Position numbers and translations under genes: made by a program. This document shows positions 9,499-17,493 of a stretch of 32,000 nt of DNA, piece after piece (the first letter of the stretch is position 1; each line of letters begins with the position of its first letter). Origin of the DNA: Acuticoccus sp. (GTDB taxonomy: Bacteria > Pseudomonadota > Alphaproteobacteria > Rhizobiales > Amorphaceae); assembly GCF_965213555.1 (NCBI RefSeq), contig NZ_OZ243890.1:3573918-3605917 (forward strand), written 5' to 3'. The notes below the pieces were generated by a model that saw only the letters and a program-made list of their open reading frames with translations, was not told the DNA's origin and did no database searches.

Positions 9499-9894
9499 TC
9501 AGTCGGCAAGCCCATGCCCGGCGAAGGCGGCCTTGCGCTCCTGTGCTGACGCGGGTGCCAAGGCGCGGTCGACATCGGTCAGGTCGTCCGCGCGCTCTTC
9601 GGTCATCGGATCCGTCGTGAAGGGGCTCGGCTCCGTGGAGTTCGACGGCGAATTCACGATGCCAGGTGCCTGCGTCGCGTTGTGCAGCGACGACAGGGCG
9701 GCAGCGATGGCGTCACCGGTCTGTCGCGCCAGATCGGCGCCTTGGTGACACGCCTGCGGCCGACGCTCGCAGAACGCCCGGGCATCCTCGACCGCGGCAC
9801 CGACCACACCGGCAAGTTGCGATCCCGGCGCGAGGAGTGGGCTCATGGCCACCAGGATGGTGACCAGGATCATGAGCTTGAGAAAGAGCTTCAT
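9499..9894 (-). CDS. hypothetical secreted or membrane-anchored protein
   Basis: The 131-aa ORF has an N-terminal signal or anchor (MKLFLKLMILVTILVAMSPLLAPG) and two Cys (FCERRPQAC). It is co-directional with gpt. I recognise no family. Confidence 0.5.
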   Translation of the reverse strand: MKLFLKLMILVTILVAMSPLLAPGSQLAGVVGAAVEDARAFCERRPQACHQGADLARQTGDAIAAALSSLHNATQAPGIVNSPSNSTEPSPFTTDPMTEERADDLTDVDRALAPASAQERKAAFAGHGLAD

Positions 9895-10045
9895 TGGGCT
9901 GCCCCGCTGCGGCGTCGTCCGGCGACCCTAAGGCCGGAGGGGTAACTCCCCGGTTGGGTAGGGCGGTCGCATTGCGCCGTCCGCAGTGATCACTGGTTTA
10001 ACATCCCCTTCATCGATTTCGACGACCCTTCGGCGGAGGAGGACC

Positions 10046-10744
10046 GTGGCCGTGCGAATCCAACAGCGGATCGAAGATTGGCCCATCGAGGCCTGGGTGG
10101 CATCGACAGCCTCCCTCGCCCGACGAGCATGCCGGCATGTTGCTCGTCGCAAGGGGCGCTTCGCCCTCATCTCAACATCGGTCGTCATCGTTGGGGTCGT
10201 GGGTGCCAACGCCATGTGGCGTCAGACGGCGGAGCATCCCGCGCCGCTTTGGCGGGAGACCGCCGAGGACGCCCGGTTCGCCTCGCACGGCGGCGCGGCG
10301 CAGGGCGGGACCGTGACGATCGAAGGCGAAGGCGACGTACATGCGACATCGCTGGTGCGCAACGTTCAGGACGGCCTGGCGCGGGTGGGCCTCTACGACG
10401 GACCCGCGTCCGGGCGGCTCGACGGACGTACCGTCGCGGCCATCGAGCGGTTTGAGGAGCAGCATGGGTTGCCCGTGACCGGCGAGCCTAGCGTCGCGTT
10501 GCTCGCTGCAGTCAGCGGGGTGGCCCCGACGGCCGCCCAGGTTGCGCCGGAACGGTATGGGACGCTGGGGGTGGCCGACGTACAGCGCCTGCTCAACTCG
10601 CGCGGGTTCGGTCCGTTGGCCGAGGACGGCAAGCTAGGGCCGAACACCAAGGCAGCGCTGGCACGGTTCGCGGCCAACGAGGGACTGCCCGGTGGTGCGA
10701 GCCCCGACGAGGTCGTCGCCGCGCTTGCCAAGAGCGGGGCGTAA
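10046..10744 (+). CDS. peptidoglycan-binding domain protein (two PG_binding_1-like repeats, N-terminal TM anchor)
   Basis: This uses the frame of track ORF 9986..10744. I prefer the GTG at 10046, which sits behind GGAGGAGGA (10035-10043), but the start is uncertain. The TM segment is FALISTSVVIVGVVGANAMW. The repeats are GLYDGPASGRLDGRTVAAIERFEEQHGLPVTGEPS and GFGPLAEDGKLGPNTKAALARFAANEGLPGG. Confidence 0.7.
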   Translation: MAVRIQQRIEDWPIEAWVASTASLARRACRHVARRKGRFALISTSVVIVGVVGANAMWRQTAEHPAPLWRETAEDARFASHGGAAQGGTVTIEGEGDVHATSLVRNVQDGLARVGLYDGPASGRLDGRTVAAIERFEEQHGLPVTGEPSVALLAAVSGVAPTAAQVAPERYGTLGVADVQRLLNSRGFGPLAEDGKLGPNTKAALARFAANEGLPGGASPDEVVAALAKSGA

Positions 10745-10759
10745 GCCCACCTCACCGCC

Positions 10760-11107
10760 ATGAACTTGGTTGACGAGGCAATGCCGCGGCTCCGAGCGGA
10801 GCTGTGGGTTCGAGCGTACCTGCGCCGGTGCGACGTGGGGAACGTGTACGCCGCTGTGTCGCGTCGGGGCGACCCCGGCGCAGGAGCGATCTTCATCGAG
10901 TGCCTGCATCGGGACGGTGCGGACCTCTGGGGTCCGAGGACACGCGTGGACGGTGCGCGGGGCTTCGAGCGGTTGCTGGGGCCCGTGCACCCGAGCAAGG
11001 TTGCCGAGCGGCTCGCGAATGAGGCGGCGTTCGACGGCGACTTGTGGGTCGTGACCGTAGAGGACCGCGACGGTCGTGCGTTCCTGTTGGACGACGAGCG
11101 TGTCTGA
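10760..11107 (+). CDS. DUF1491-family protein
   Basis: The 115-aa ORF reads [14 protein letters not shown] ... GAIFIECLH ... [20 protein letters not shown] assign the family from memory of small conserved alphaproteobacterial DUF1491 proteins. Confidence 0.6.
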   Translation: MNLVDEAMPRLRAELWVRAYLRRCDVGNVYAAVSRRGDPGAGAIFIECLHRDGADLWGPRTRVDGARGFERLLGPVHPSKVAERLANEAAFDGDLWVVTVEDRDGRAFLLDDERV

Positions 11108-11573
11108 GCCCTTCTGGCGTCGCAAGACCCTCGAGGAGATGACGTCGGCTGAGTGGGAGTCGCTTTGCGACGGCTGCGGTCGGTGCTGCCTGAACAAGAT
11201 TGAGGACTGGGACACCGGCGAAATCTTCTGGACCGACGTCGCCTGTACGCTGCTCGACCATGGGACCTGCCGATGCAACGATTATCGACGGCGCGCCGAA
11301 CGCGTCCCGGACTGCCTGACGCTGACGCCGCAAGAGGTCCGCTCGATGACATGGCTTCCGCCGACCTGCGCGTACCGTCTGGTGGCGGACGGCGAGGACC
11401 TCAGATGGTGGCACCCGCTGGTGTCGGGATCGTCGTCGACCGTGCACGAAGCGGGCATTTCCGTGGCAGAGCGTGTGGTCAGCGAGGACGACGTGCCCGT
11501 CGAGCGGTACGAGGAGCGGCTGGTCATATGGCCCGCTGAGGTTGATGGCGTAGTTTTTAAAACTAAGAGTTGA
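11100..11573 (+). CDS. ycgN: YcgN/UPF0260-family cysteine-cluster protein
   Basis: This uses the frame of track ORF 11076..11573. The GTG at 11100 ([15 protein letters not shown]) overlaps the DUF1491 stop. The Cys cluster [40 protein letters not shown] is present. The last codons (VVFKTKS*) are strikingly AT-rich. Confidence 0.8.
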   Translation: MSEPFWRRKTLEEMTSAEWESLCDGCGRCCLNKIEDWDTGEIFWTDVACTLLDHGTCRCNDYRRRAERVPDCLTLTPQEVRSMTWLPPTCAYRLVADGEDLRWWHPLVSGSSSTVHEAGISVAERVVSEDDVPVERYEERLVIWPAEVDGVVFKTKS

Positions 11574-11598
11574 CAGCGACGCGCTGCTGAGGTATCAC
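11570..11598 (+). promoter_or_regulatory. candidate sigma70-type promoter (TTGACA, 17-nt spacer, TATCAC) for the GTA operon
   Basis: TTGACA at 11570-11575 overlaps the ycgN TGA. Exactly 17 nt follow, then TATCAC at 11593-11598. An AT-rich, UP-like stretch (tagtttttaaaactaagag) lies just upstream. This is a pattern match only. Confidence 0.3.
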
Positions 11599-11667
11599 TT
11601 CGCCACGGTCGCAGAGTTGGATCCGGCGCCGCGGTGCGGTCCGGGTCCTCAGCGATGAACGGTTTCA

Positions 11668-11703
11668 GGGGCGTGCCGCGAAGGTGGCGCGCCCTTTTCG
11701 TTT
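11668..11703 (+). terminator. intrinsic-terminator-like hairpin plus U-tract between ycgN and GTA g1
   Basis: GGGCGTGCC (11669-11677) pairs with GGCGCGCCC (11686-11694), with one G-U pair. The stem can extend to about 11 bp around a GAAG loop. TTTTCGTTT follows at 11695-11703. It could terminate ycgN or attenuate the GTA leader. Confidence 0.55.
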
Positions 11704-11756
11704 GGCTGGTGCCGGGCGCCGACGCCCGCGAGGCGGGGTCCGGGGAGGGGTGAGCT

Positions 11757-12068
11757 ATGGCCGACGCGATGCCGAGCGATGATGCTCGTGACTTGAACAT
11801 CGTTGAGCGGTTGTTCGCGGCCTTATCGAAGCAGCTGTCGAAGATCGAGACCGACAGCTCGAGCGAGGGCGACGACGTCGGCGAACGGGCGAAGGTGATC
11901 GGTCTGATCGCCAAGACGTTCGAGACCTTGATCGGCGTCCGTTCTAAGGTCGCAGCGCCGGACGCGAAGTCCAGTCTCGACGTCGATCAGATCCGTCGTG
12001 ACCTCGCCGAGCGTCTGGCGAAGCTGTCGGCCTCGGCCTGCGGCGTCGAGCCGAAGGCTGCCGGGTGA
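11757..12068 (+). CDS. g1: GTA g1-like small protein (probable small terminase, TerS)
   Basis: The 103-aa acidic, helical ORF follows GGGGAGGGG. Its stop overlaps the TerL start (GTGA at 12065-12068). Position and size match RcGTA g1. I see no sequence motif that is diagnostic on its own. Confidence 0.6.
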   Translation: MADAMPSDDARDLNIVERLFAALSKQLSKIETDSSSEGDDVGERAKVIGLIAKTFETLIGVRSKVAAPDAKSSLDVDQIRRDLAERLAKLSASACGVEPKAAG

Positions 12069-13408
12069 CGACGGCGACGGCCTCTGCGGTCAGACAGGGT
12101 CTCCTCCTGTCGGCGAGGAACGGGACGTCGTCGCAGTTTTTGGAAAGCCTGCCAAAGGAACTTGCCCGCGCGCTGCTGGATGATTGGGCCATTTGGGCGC
12201 GGCAGGAGCAGTTGCCGCCCGACGGTGCTTGGACGAGCTGGCTGATCCTTGGCGGTCGCGGCGCCGGCAAGACGCGCGCCGGCGCCGAGTGGATCCGGGG
12301 CGTCGTCGCGGGGCGGGCGCCGTTCGCCACGCGTCCGGCCGGCCGCATAGCCCTCGTCGGCGAGGATTACAACGACGCACGCGAGGTCATGGTCGAGGGG
12401 GTCTCGGGCCTCCTCGCCATCTGCCCGGATGGGGAGCGTCCGGTCTGGCAGCCCTCGCGGCGTCGCCTCGAGTGGCCGAACGGGGCGGTGGGGCAGGTCT
12501 TCTCCGCGTCCGATCCTGAGGGCCTGCGTGGACCACAGTTCGACGTCGCGTGGGCCGACGAGCTTGCCAAGTGGGCGAACCCCGACGCCACCTGGGACAT
12601 GCTGCAGTTCGCGCTGCGGCTTGGCGAGCGGCCGCGTCAGGTTGTGACGACGACGCCTCGCTGCGTGCCGCTCCTCAAGCGGCTGATCGGCGATCGGCGC
12701 ACCGTGACGACGCGGATGACGACGGCGCAGAACGCGGACAACCTAGCTGCCGGCTTCCTGGAGACCGTCGTTGATCGGTATCAAGGCACGCGGCTCGGGC
12801 GCCAAGAGCTCGAGGGGGAGCTGGTCGAGGACCGCGAAGACGCGCTGTTTGCGCGGGCGCAGATCGACCGGGATCGGGTAAGCGCGGCGCCGGAGCTTCG
12901 CCGCGTGGTGGTCGCCGTGGACCCTCCGGCATCGAGCGGCGCGAAGTCGGCCGCGTGCGGGATCGTCGCCGCCGGGCTCGGGGAGGACGGACGAGCCTAC
13001 GTCCTCGCCGACCACACGCTGCAGCGCGCGACGCCGCAGGCGTGGGCGGAGAAGGCGGTGTCGCTGTACCACACCGTCGGCGCCGACCGGTTGGTCGCCG
13101 AGGTCAACCAGGGCGGCGAGATGGTGGCGACCGTGGTGCGCGAGGCGGATCCGACGGTGCCGGTGGCATCCGTCCGGGCCACGCGCGGGAAGTGGGTTCG
13201 AGCTGAGCCGGTCGCGCTCCTCTACGCGCAAGGGCGCGTGTCCCACGTGGGGATGATGAGCGAGCTTGAGGACCAGATGTGCAACTTCGTTCCCGCTGGG
13301 ACCGCGGACGGGGTGTCCCCAGACCGCATCGACGCGCTCGTCTGGGCGCTGACGACGCTGATGCTGGAGCCGGGCGGCGTGCCTCCAAGGGTCCGCAGGT
13401 TCGGCTGA
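12065..13408 (+). CDS. g2: GTA large terminase subunit
   Basis: The 447-aa ORF has a Walker A (LILGGRGAGKTRAGAEW), VGEDYNDAREV, and a C-terminal nuclease-like region (VAVDPPASSGAKSAACGIVAAG ... EVNQGGEMV). Confidence 0.9.
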   Translation: MTTATASAVRQGLLLSARNGTSSQFLESLPKELARALLDDWAIWARQEQLPPDGAWTSWLILGGRGAGKTRAGAEWIRGVVAGRAPFATRPAGRIALVGEDYNDAREVMVEGVSGLLAICPDGERPVWQPSRRRLEWPNGAVGQVFSASDPEGLRGPQFDVAWADELAKWANPDATWDMLQFALRLGERPRQVVTTTPRCVPLLKRLIGDRRTVTTRMTTAQNADNLAAGFLETVVDRYQGTRLGRQELEGELVEDREDALFARAQIDRDRVSAAPELRRVVVAVDPPASSGAKSAACGIVAAGLGEDGRAYVLADHTLQRATPQAWAEKAVSLYHTVGADRLVAEVNQGGEMVATVVREADPTVPVASVRATRGKWVRAEPVALLYAQGRVSHVGMMSELEDQMCNFVPAGTADGVSPDRIDALVWALTTLMLEPGGVPPRVRRFG

Positions 13409-13440
13409 CGCGACGGAAAACGACGGCAACGGGTGACTAA

Positions 13441-13463
13441 GGGGGCCATCGGCCCCCTTTTTT
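13441..13463 (+). terminator. intrinsic terminator between terL and portal
   Basis: GGGGGCC (13441-13447), loop ATC, GGCCCCC (13451-13457), then TTTTTT (13458-13463). It is a perfect GC stem in a 77-nt non-coding gap. Confidence 0.7.
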
Positions 13464-13485
13464 CGTGGTCACGCAAGGGGGTGCG

Positions 13486-14661
13486 ATGGGCATCTTTGGC
13501 AAGCGCGAGACGAAGGCCTCGCGGGTCGGACAGGTGATGCGCGTCGAGGCGCTCGGGCGTCCGGTCTGGACGCCGCGGGACTATGCCTCGCTGGCACAGG
13601 AGGGGTTCACCAAGAACCCCATCGTGTTCCGCTCGGTGCGCATGATCGCGGAGGCGGCCGCGTCCGCTCCGTGGGTGCTTTACGACGGAGATCGTGAGCT
13701 TGGCGCGCACCCACTCCTCGACATGTTGTCGCGCCCGAACCCCTCCCAGTCCGGCGTCTTCCTGATGGAGACGCTGTACGGCCACCTGATGGTCGCCGGC
13801 AACGCGTACCTCGAAGCGGTGGCGATCGACGACACGCCGCGCGAGCTCTTCGCACTACGGCCCGACCGCATGCGGGTGATCGCCGGCGCCGACGGTTGGC
13901 CGCACGCGTTCGAGTACACCGCCGCTGGGCGGTCCGTGCGGTTCGCGCAGGAGGGTCGCGTGCCGCCGATCCTCCACCTTTCGCTGTTCCACCCGCTGAA
14001 CGATCACTACGGGTTCGCCCCCATCGAGGCCGCGCAGACCAGCCTCGACATCCACAACGCGTCGGGCGCCTGGTCGAAGGCGCTGCTCGACAACGCGGCG
14101 AGACCGTCCGGCGCGCTCGTCTACACCGGCGAGGGGCACCTCAACGACGAGCAGTTCGAGCGGCTGAAGGCCGAGCTCGAGGATGGCTACACCGGGGCTC
14201 GCAACGCCGGACGTCCGCTGCTGTTGGAGGGCGGGCTCGACTGGAAGACGATGGCCATGAGCCCGCGGGACATGGACTTCATCGAGACGAAGAACCAGGC
14301 GGCCCGCGAGATCGCGCTGGCGTTCGGTGTTCCACCGATGCTTCTCGGCATCCCCGGCGACAACACCTACGCGAACTTCCGTGAGGCGAACCGGGCGTTC
14401 TGGCGGCAGACGGTCCTGCCGCTCGTCAACAGAACCGCGCAGTCGCTGTCGAACTGGCTCGGCGCGGCGTACGGACCAAGGCTTCGGCTGTCGTTCGATC
14501 CGGATGGGATCGAAGCGCTCTCGACGGAGCGCGAGGCGCTCTGGGATCGCGTCGCGGCGGCGGACTTCCTTACCCGCGCGGAAAAACGGCTGGCCGTCGG
14601 CTACGGTGTGGAGCGTGCCGAGAGGGCCGTCGACATTGACGAAGAGGCCGTCGTCGACTGA
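13486..14661 (+). CDS. g3: GTA portal protein (HK97-family portal)
   Basis: This is track ORF 13465..14661, trimmed to the ATG at 13486 behind AAGGGGG. The GTG at 13465 would abut the terminator U-tract. Portal-family stretches are present: NAYLEAVAIDD, GFAPIEAAQTSLDIHNA and ALAFGVPPMLLGIPGDNTYANFREANRAFWRQTVLP. Confidence 0.9.
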   Translation: MGIFGKRETKASRVGQVMRVEALGRPVWTPRDYASLAQEGFTKNPIVFRSVRMIAEAAASAPWVLYDGDRELGAHPLLDMLSRPNPSQSGVFLMETLYGHLMVAGNAYLEAVAIDDTPRELFALRPDRMRVIAGADGWPHAFEYTAAGRSVRFAQEGRVPPILHLSLFHPLNDHYGFAPIEAAQTSLDIHNASGAWSKALLDNAARPSGALVYTGEGHLNDEQFERLKAELEDGYTGARNAGRPLLLEGGLDWKTMAMSPRDMDFIETKNQAAREIALAFGVPPMLLGIPGDNTYANFREANRAFWRQTVLPLVNRTAQSLSNWLGAAYGPRLRLSFDPDGIEALSTEREALWDRVAAADFLTRAEKRLAVGYGVERAERAVDIDEEAVVD

Positions 14662-14849
14662 TGGACCCGTTGACACAAAGCGTCGTCGAGCGGGGTGATT
14701 TGGCGCACCTCGCCCTCTTCCTCTGGGCCTCCGCGTCGTCGGGCCTGCTGATGTGGACGATGCGCGAGCTGGCGCGGTCCAACAAGCGGTTCTCCGACTT
14801 CGTGGCCGCCATCGCCAAGCTCAATCGATTGTTTGGACAAACGTCATGA
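14661..14849 (+). CDS. small membrane protein in the g3.5 position
   Basis: The 62-aa ORF has one hydrophobic helix (LAHLALFLWASASSGLLMW). Its ATG overlaps the portal stop (TGATG) and its stop overlaps the next start (ATGA). Confidence 0.5.
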   Translation: MDPLTQSVVERGDLAHLALFLWASASSGLLMWTMRELARSNKRFSDFVAAIAKLNRLFGQTS

Positions 14850-15022
14850 CTGAGTGGCTACGGCGCATCGGGCAGCCGCTGCTGCGGCTGACGACGGTTC
14901 AGAAGGTCGACCACACGTCGGTCTTCGAAGAGTTCGCGCAGATCGTCGAGCGGGCGGCGCTCGAGGAGCGGGTCCGCAACGAGCCGCGGGTCGTCTGCTT
15001 CCGCCAGCGGAGGCGGCTGTGA
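14846..15022 (+). CDS. second micro-ORF (58 aa) between portal and protease
   Basis: The ATG at 14846 lies in the frame of track ORF 14753..15022 and reads MTEWLRRIGQPLLRLTTVQKVDHTSVFEEFAQIVERAALEERVRNEPRVVCFRQRRRL. It is coupled at both ends (ATGA upstream, GTGA downstream). I recognise no family. Confidence 0.4.
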   Translation: MTEWLRRIGQPLLRLTTVQKVDHTSVFEEFAQIVERAALEERVRNEPRVVCFRQRRRL

Positions 15023-15591
15023 CCGGCGTGCCTCGCGCGCCGGAACGCAAGTACGCCCACGCGCTCGCCTCGCTGGATGCGGACGGCCGGTTCTGCGGTT
15101 ACGCGTCCTTGTTCGGACGCATGGACCTTTCGGGCGACGTCGTCATGCCGGGTGCGTTCACGCGCACATTGGGACGGCGCGGGATCGCTGGCGTGCGCAT
15201 GCTGCTCGAGCACGACCCCGCCGCACCGATTGGCCTCTGGATCAGTCTTGAGGAGGACCGGCGCGGCCTTTGGGTCGAAGGCCGGCTCACCGGTGCCGGA
15301 CCTTCGGCGCACGCCGGCGCGCGCATGCGGGCCGGCACGCTCGACGGCCTGTCCATAGGCTTCCGGACCGTTGCGGCGGACGAGGACCGGTCGGCGAGGG
15401 TGCGCCGACTGACCGAGATCGATCTTTGGGAGGTGTCGGTGGTCGCGTGCCCGATGCTTCCCGAGGCGAGGGCACGAGCGGCAGGAGCCGACCGTGCAAG
15501 GGTGGGGGTCATCGCTCCCGAGGCCGTCGTGGACGCTGGGCTGCTCGCTCGGATGCGTCGGCAGACGGCCATTCTTCGGCAAACGAGGTGA
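15019..15591 (+). CDS. g4: GTA prohead protease (HK97 family)
   Basis: This uses the frame of track ORF 14854..15591, starting at the GTG at 15019. Motifs: FCGYASLFGRMDLSGDVVMPGAF, MLLEHDPAAPIGLW, LDGLSIGF and EIDLWEVSVVACPMLPEA. Confidence 0.85.
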   Translation: MTGVPRAPERKYAHALASLDADGRFCGYASLFGRMDLSGDVVMPGAFTRTLGRRGIAGVRMLLEHDPAAPIGLWISLEEDRRGLWVEGRLTGAGPSAHAGARMRAGTLDGLSIGFRTVAADEDRSARVRRLTEIDLWEVSVVACPMLPEARARAAGADRARVGVIAPEAVVDAGLLARMRRQTAILRQTR

Positions 15592-15594
15592 ACG

Positions 15595-16818
15595 ATGGAT
15601 AACGTAACGGGTGCTCCCGAGGTGAAGGCTGACCTTTCGACGGCGTTCAACGAGTTCATGGGAGCCTTCGAGGTGTTCCGTGAGACCAACGACCGCCGGC
15701 TCGCCGAGCTCGAGAAGAAGGGCGTCGATCCGCTGACGGTCGAGAAGCTGGCACGCGTCGAGGCGGTCATGGACGCCAACCAGCGGCGCATGGACGAACT
15801 GGTCTTGCGCAGCTCCCGTCCATCCTTGATGGGCGGCGTTCCGGTCGTCGCCGACGAGCGCAAGAGCGCGTTCGATAGCTACGTCCGATCCGGCAGCGAG
15901 GAGGCGCTGCGCCGCCTCGAGAAGAAGGCGCTGGTGACCGCGAACGCTTCAGACACCGGCCTTACGGTGCCGGCGGAGTTCGAGGCGGAGGTGCTGCGTC
16001 GCCTTGCGGCGCTGTCGCCGATCCGCTCGATCGCGAGCGTCCGGCAGACGTCCGCCTCGGCCTACCGCAAGCCGGTGACCGTGACAGGCGTGCCTGCAGC
16101 TTGGGTCGGCGAAACTCAGCCTCGCGAGGAAACCGAAGCAGCGCTGTCCGAGCTCGTGTTCCCGACCATGGAGCTCTACGCCATGCCGGCGGCGACGCAG
16201 ACGCTGCTCGACGACACGGCGATCGACATCGACTCCTGGCTGGCCTCGGAGGTCGAAGCCGCGTTCGCGGAACAGGAGACGAGGGCGTTCGTCGTCGGCG
16301 ACGGCCAGACCCAGCCGAGGGGCTTCACGACGTACGAGACCGTCCTTGAGAGCGATTGGACCTGGGGCAAGATCGGTGTCGTCAGGACGGGCGTCGACGG
16401 ATCCTTTCCTTCCGGTTCGGCGAACGACGTCCTCGTCGACCTCGTCTATGCGCTGAAGGCGGGCTACCGGCAGAACGCGCACTTCGTCATGAACCGCACC
16501 ACGCAGGCCGCGGTGCGCAAGATGAAGGACACGGACGGACAGTACCTGTGGATCCCGCCGCAGGTTCCCGGCACTCGTGCCTCGTTGATGAGCTTCCCGG
16601 TCGTCGAAGTCGAGGATATGCCGAGCATCGCAGTCGGTTCGAACGCCATCGCGTTCGGCGACTTCAATCGTGGCTACGTCGTCGTCGATCGCCTGGGGCT
16701 GAGGATCTTGCGCGATCCATACTCTGCCAAGCCGTACGTGCTGTTCTACACGACGAAGCGCGTCGGCGGCGGCGTCCAGGACTTCGACGCCATCAAGATG
16801 CTGCAGTTCGCCGCCTGA
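15595..16818 (+). CDS. g5: GTA major capsid protein (HK97 fold)
   Basis: The 407-aa ORF has an N-terminal coiled, delta-domain-like segment (FNEFMGAFEVFRETNDRRLAELEKKG). The body shows HK97-family stretches (FPTMELYAMPAATQTLLDD, FVMNRTTQAAVRKMKDTDGQYLW, GYVVVDRLGLRILRDPYS). Confidence 0.9.
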   Translation: MDNVTGAPEVKADLSTAFNEFMGAFEVFRETNDRRLAELEKKGVDPLTVEKLARVEAVMDANQRRMDELVLRSSRPSLMGGVPVVADERKSAFDSYVRSGSEEALRRLEKKALVTANASDTGLTVPAEFEAEVLRRLAALSPIRSIASVRQTSASAYRKPVTVTGVPAAWVGETQPREETEAALSELVFPTMELYAMPAATQTLLDDTAIDIDSWLASEVEAAFAEQETRAFVVGDGQTQPRGFTTYETVLESDWTWGKIGVVRTGVDGSFPSGSANDVLVDLVYALKAGYRQNAHFVMNRTTQAAVRKMKDTDGQYLWIPPQVPGTRASLMSFPVVEVEDMPSIAVGSNAIAFGDFNRGYVVVDRLGLRILRDPYSAKPYVLFYTTKRVGGGVQDFDAIKMLQFAA

Positions 16819-16857
16819 TCCCAGCGATCGGCGGCTGCCGCCCTTAGGCGGCTTCGA

Positions 16858-16896
16858 GGCGGGCCGGTGCCGACACCGGTCCGCCTTTTTCTTTTT
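16858..16896 (+). terminator. intrinsic terminator after the capsid gene
   Basis: GGCGGGCCGGTG (16858-16869), loop CCGA, CACCGGTCCGCC (16874-16885) with one G-U pair, then TTTTTCTTTTT (16886-16896). A smaller hairpin, GCCGCC-CTTA-GGCGGC (16837-16852), precedes it. Confidence 0.75.
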
Positions 16897-16920
16897 GGCG
16901 CTGAGACGACGGGTGGGACG

Positions 16921-17493
16921 ATGGTCGCAATCCTTGTGACACCGCCGCTGGCGGAGCCTGTGACGGTGGAAGAGGCGAAGGCGCACGCGCGGATCGACGG
17001 GTCAACCGAGGACGCCAAGGTGGCGGCACTCATCACCGCGGCGCGAGCCGAGGTCGAGAACCGCACCGGTCGGGCGCTGGTCCGCCAGGGATGGCGCATC
17101 GTGCGGGACGCGGTGCCTTACGGCGGCGTCGTCCGTCTCAGCCCCGCGCCGGTGCGCAGCGTCGACGCGGTGACGGTCTATGGCCGTGACGGCCTGCCGT
17201 CCGTCGTAGCCCCGGAGGAGTACCGCTTCGACCTGTCGTCCTCGCCCGGCCGGTTGACGTTCGCGAGGGCCCGCTTCTGGGGCGCGCGGACGATGAACGG
17301 GCTCGAGATCGACGTCACGTGCGGCTACGGCGCACCTGAGGATGTGCCTGCGGCGTTGAAGCAGGCCGTCCTGATGCTCGTCGCCTACTGGTACGAGCAG
17401 AGGGAGGCAGCGCTCGCCGGCGTCGTCGTCGAGCCGGTGGCGCATGGCCTGTCCGCGCTAACCGCGTCCTATCGCATGCCGAGGCTCTCATGA
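16921..17493 (+). CDS. g6: GTA head-tail connector/adaptor (gp6-like)
   Basis: This is track ORF 16867..17493, trimmed to the ATG at 16921, downstream of the terminator. PPLAEPVTVEEAKAHARIDGSTEDAKVAALITAARAEVENRTGRAL is the classic gp6-like N-terminus. Confidence 0.8.
   Translation: MVAILVTPPLAEPVTVEEAKAHARIDGSTEDAKVAALITAARAEVENRTGRALVRQGWRIVRDAVPYGGVVRLSPAPVRSVDAVTVYGRDGLPSVVAPEEYRFDLSSSPGRLTFARARFWGARTMNGLEIDVTCGYGAPEDVPAALKQAVLMLVAYWYEQREAALAGVVVEPVAHGLSALTASYRMPRLS

Noticed and set aside
11551-11575. A possible CtrA box (TTAA-N7-TTAAC) in the AT-rich patch upstream of the GTA cluster.
   Set aside because: Only a single TTAA half-site (11557-11560) is present. Seven nucleotides downstream the sequence is AGTTG, not TTAAC, so it is not a credible full site.
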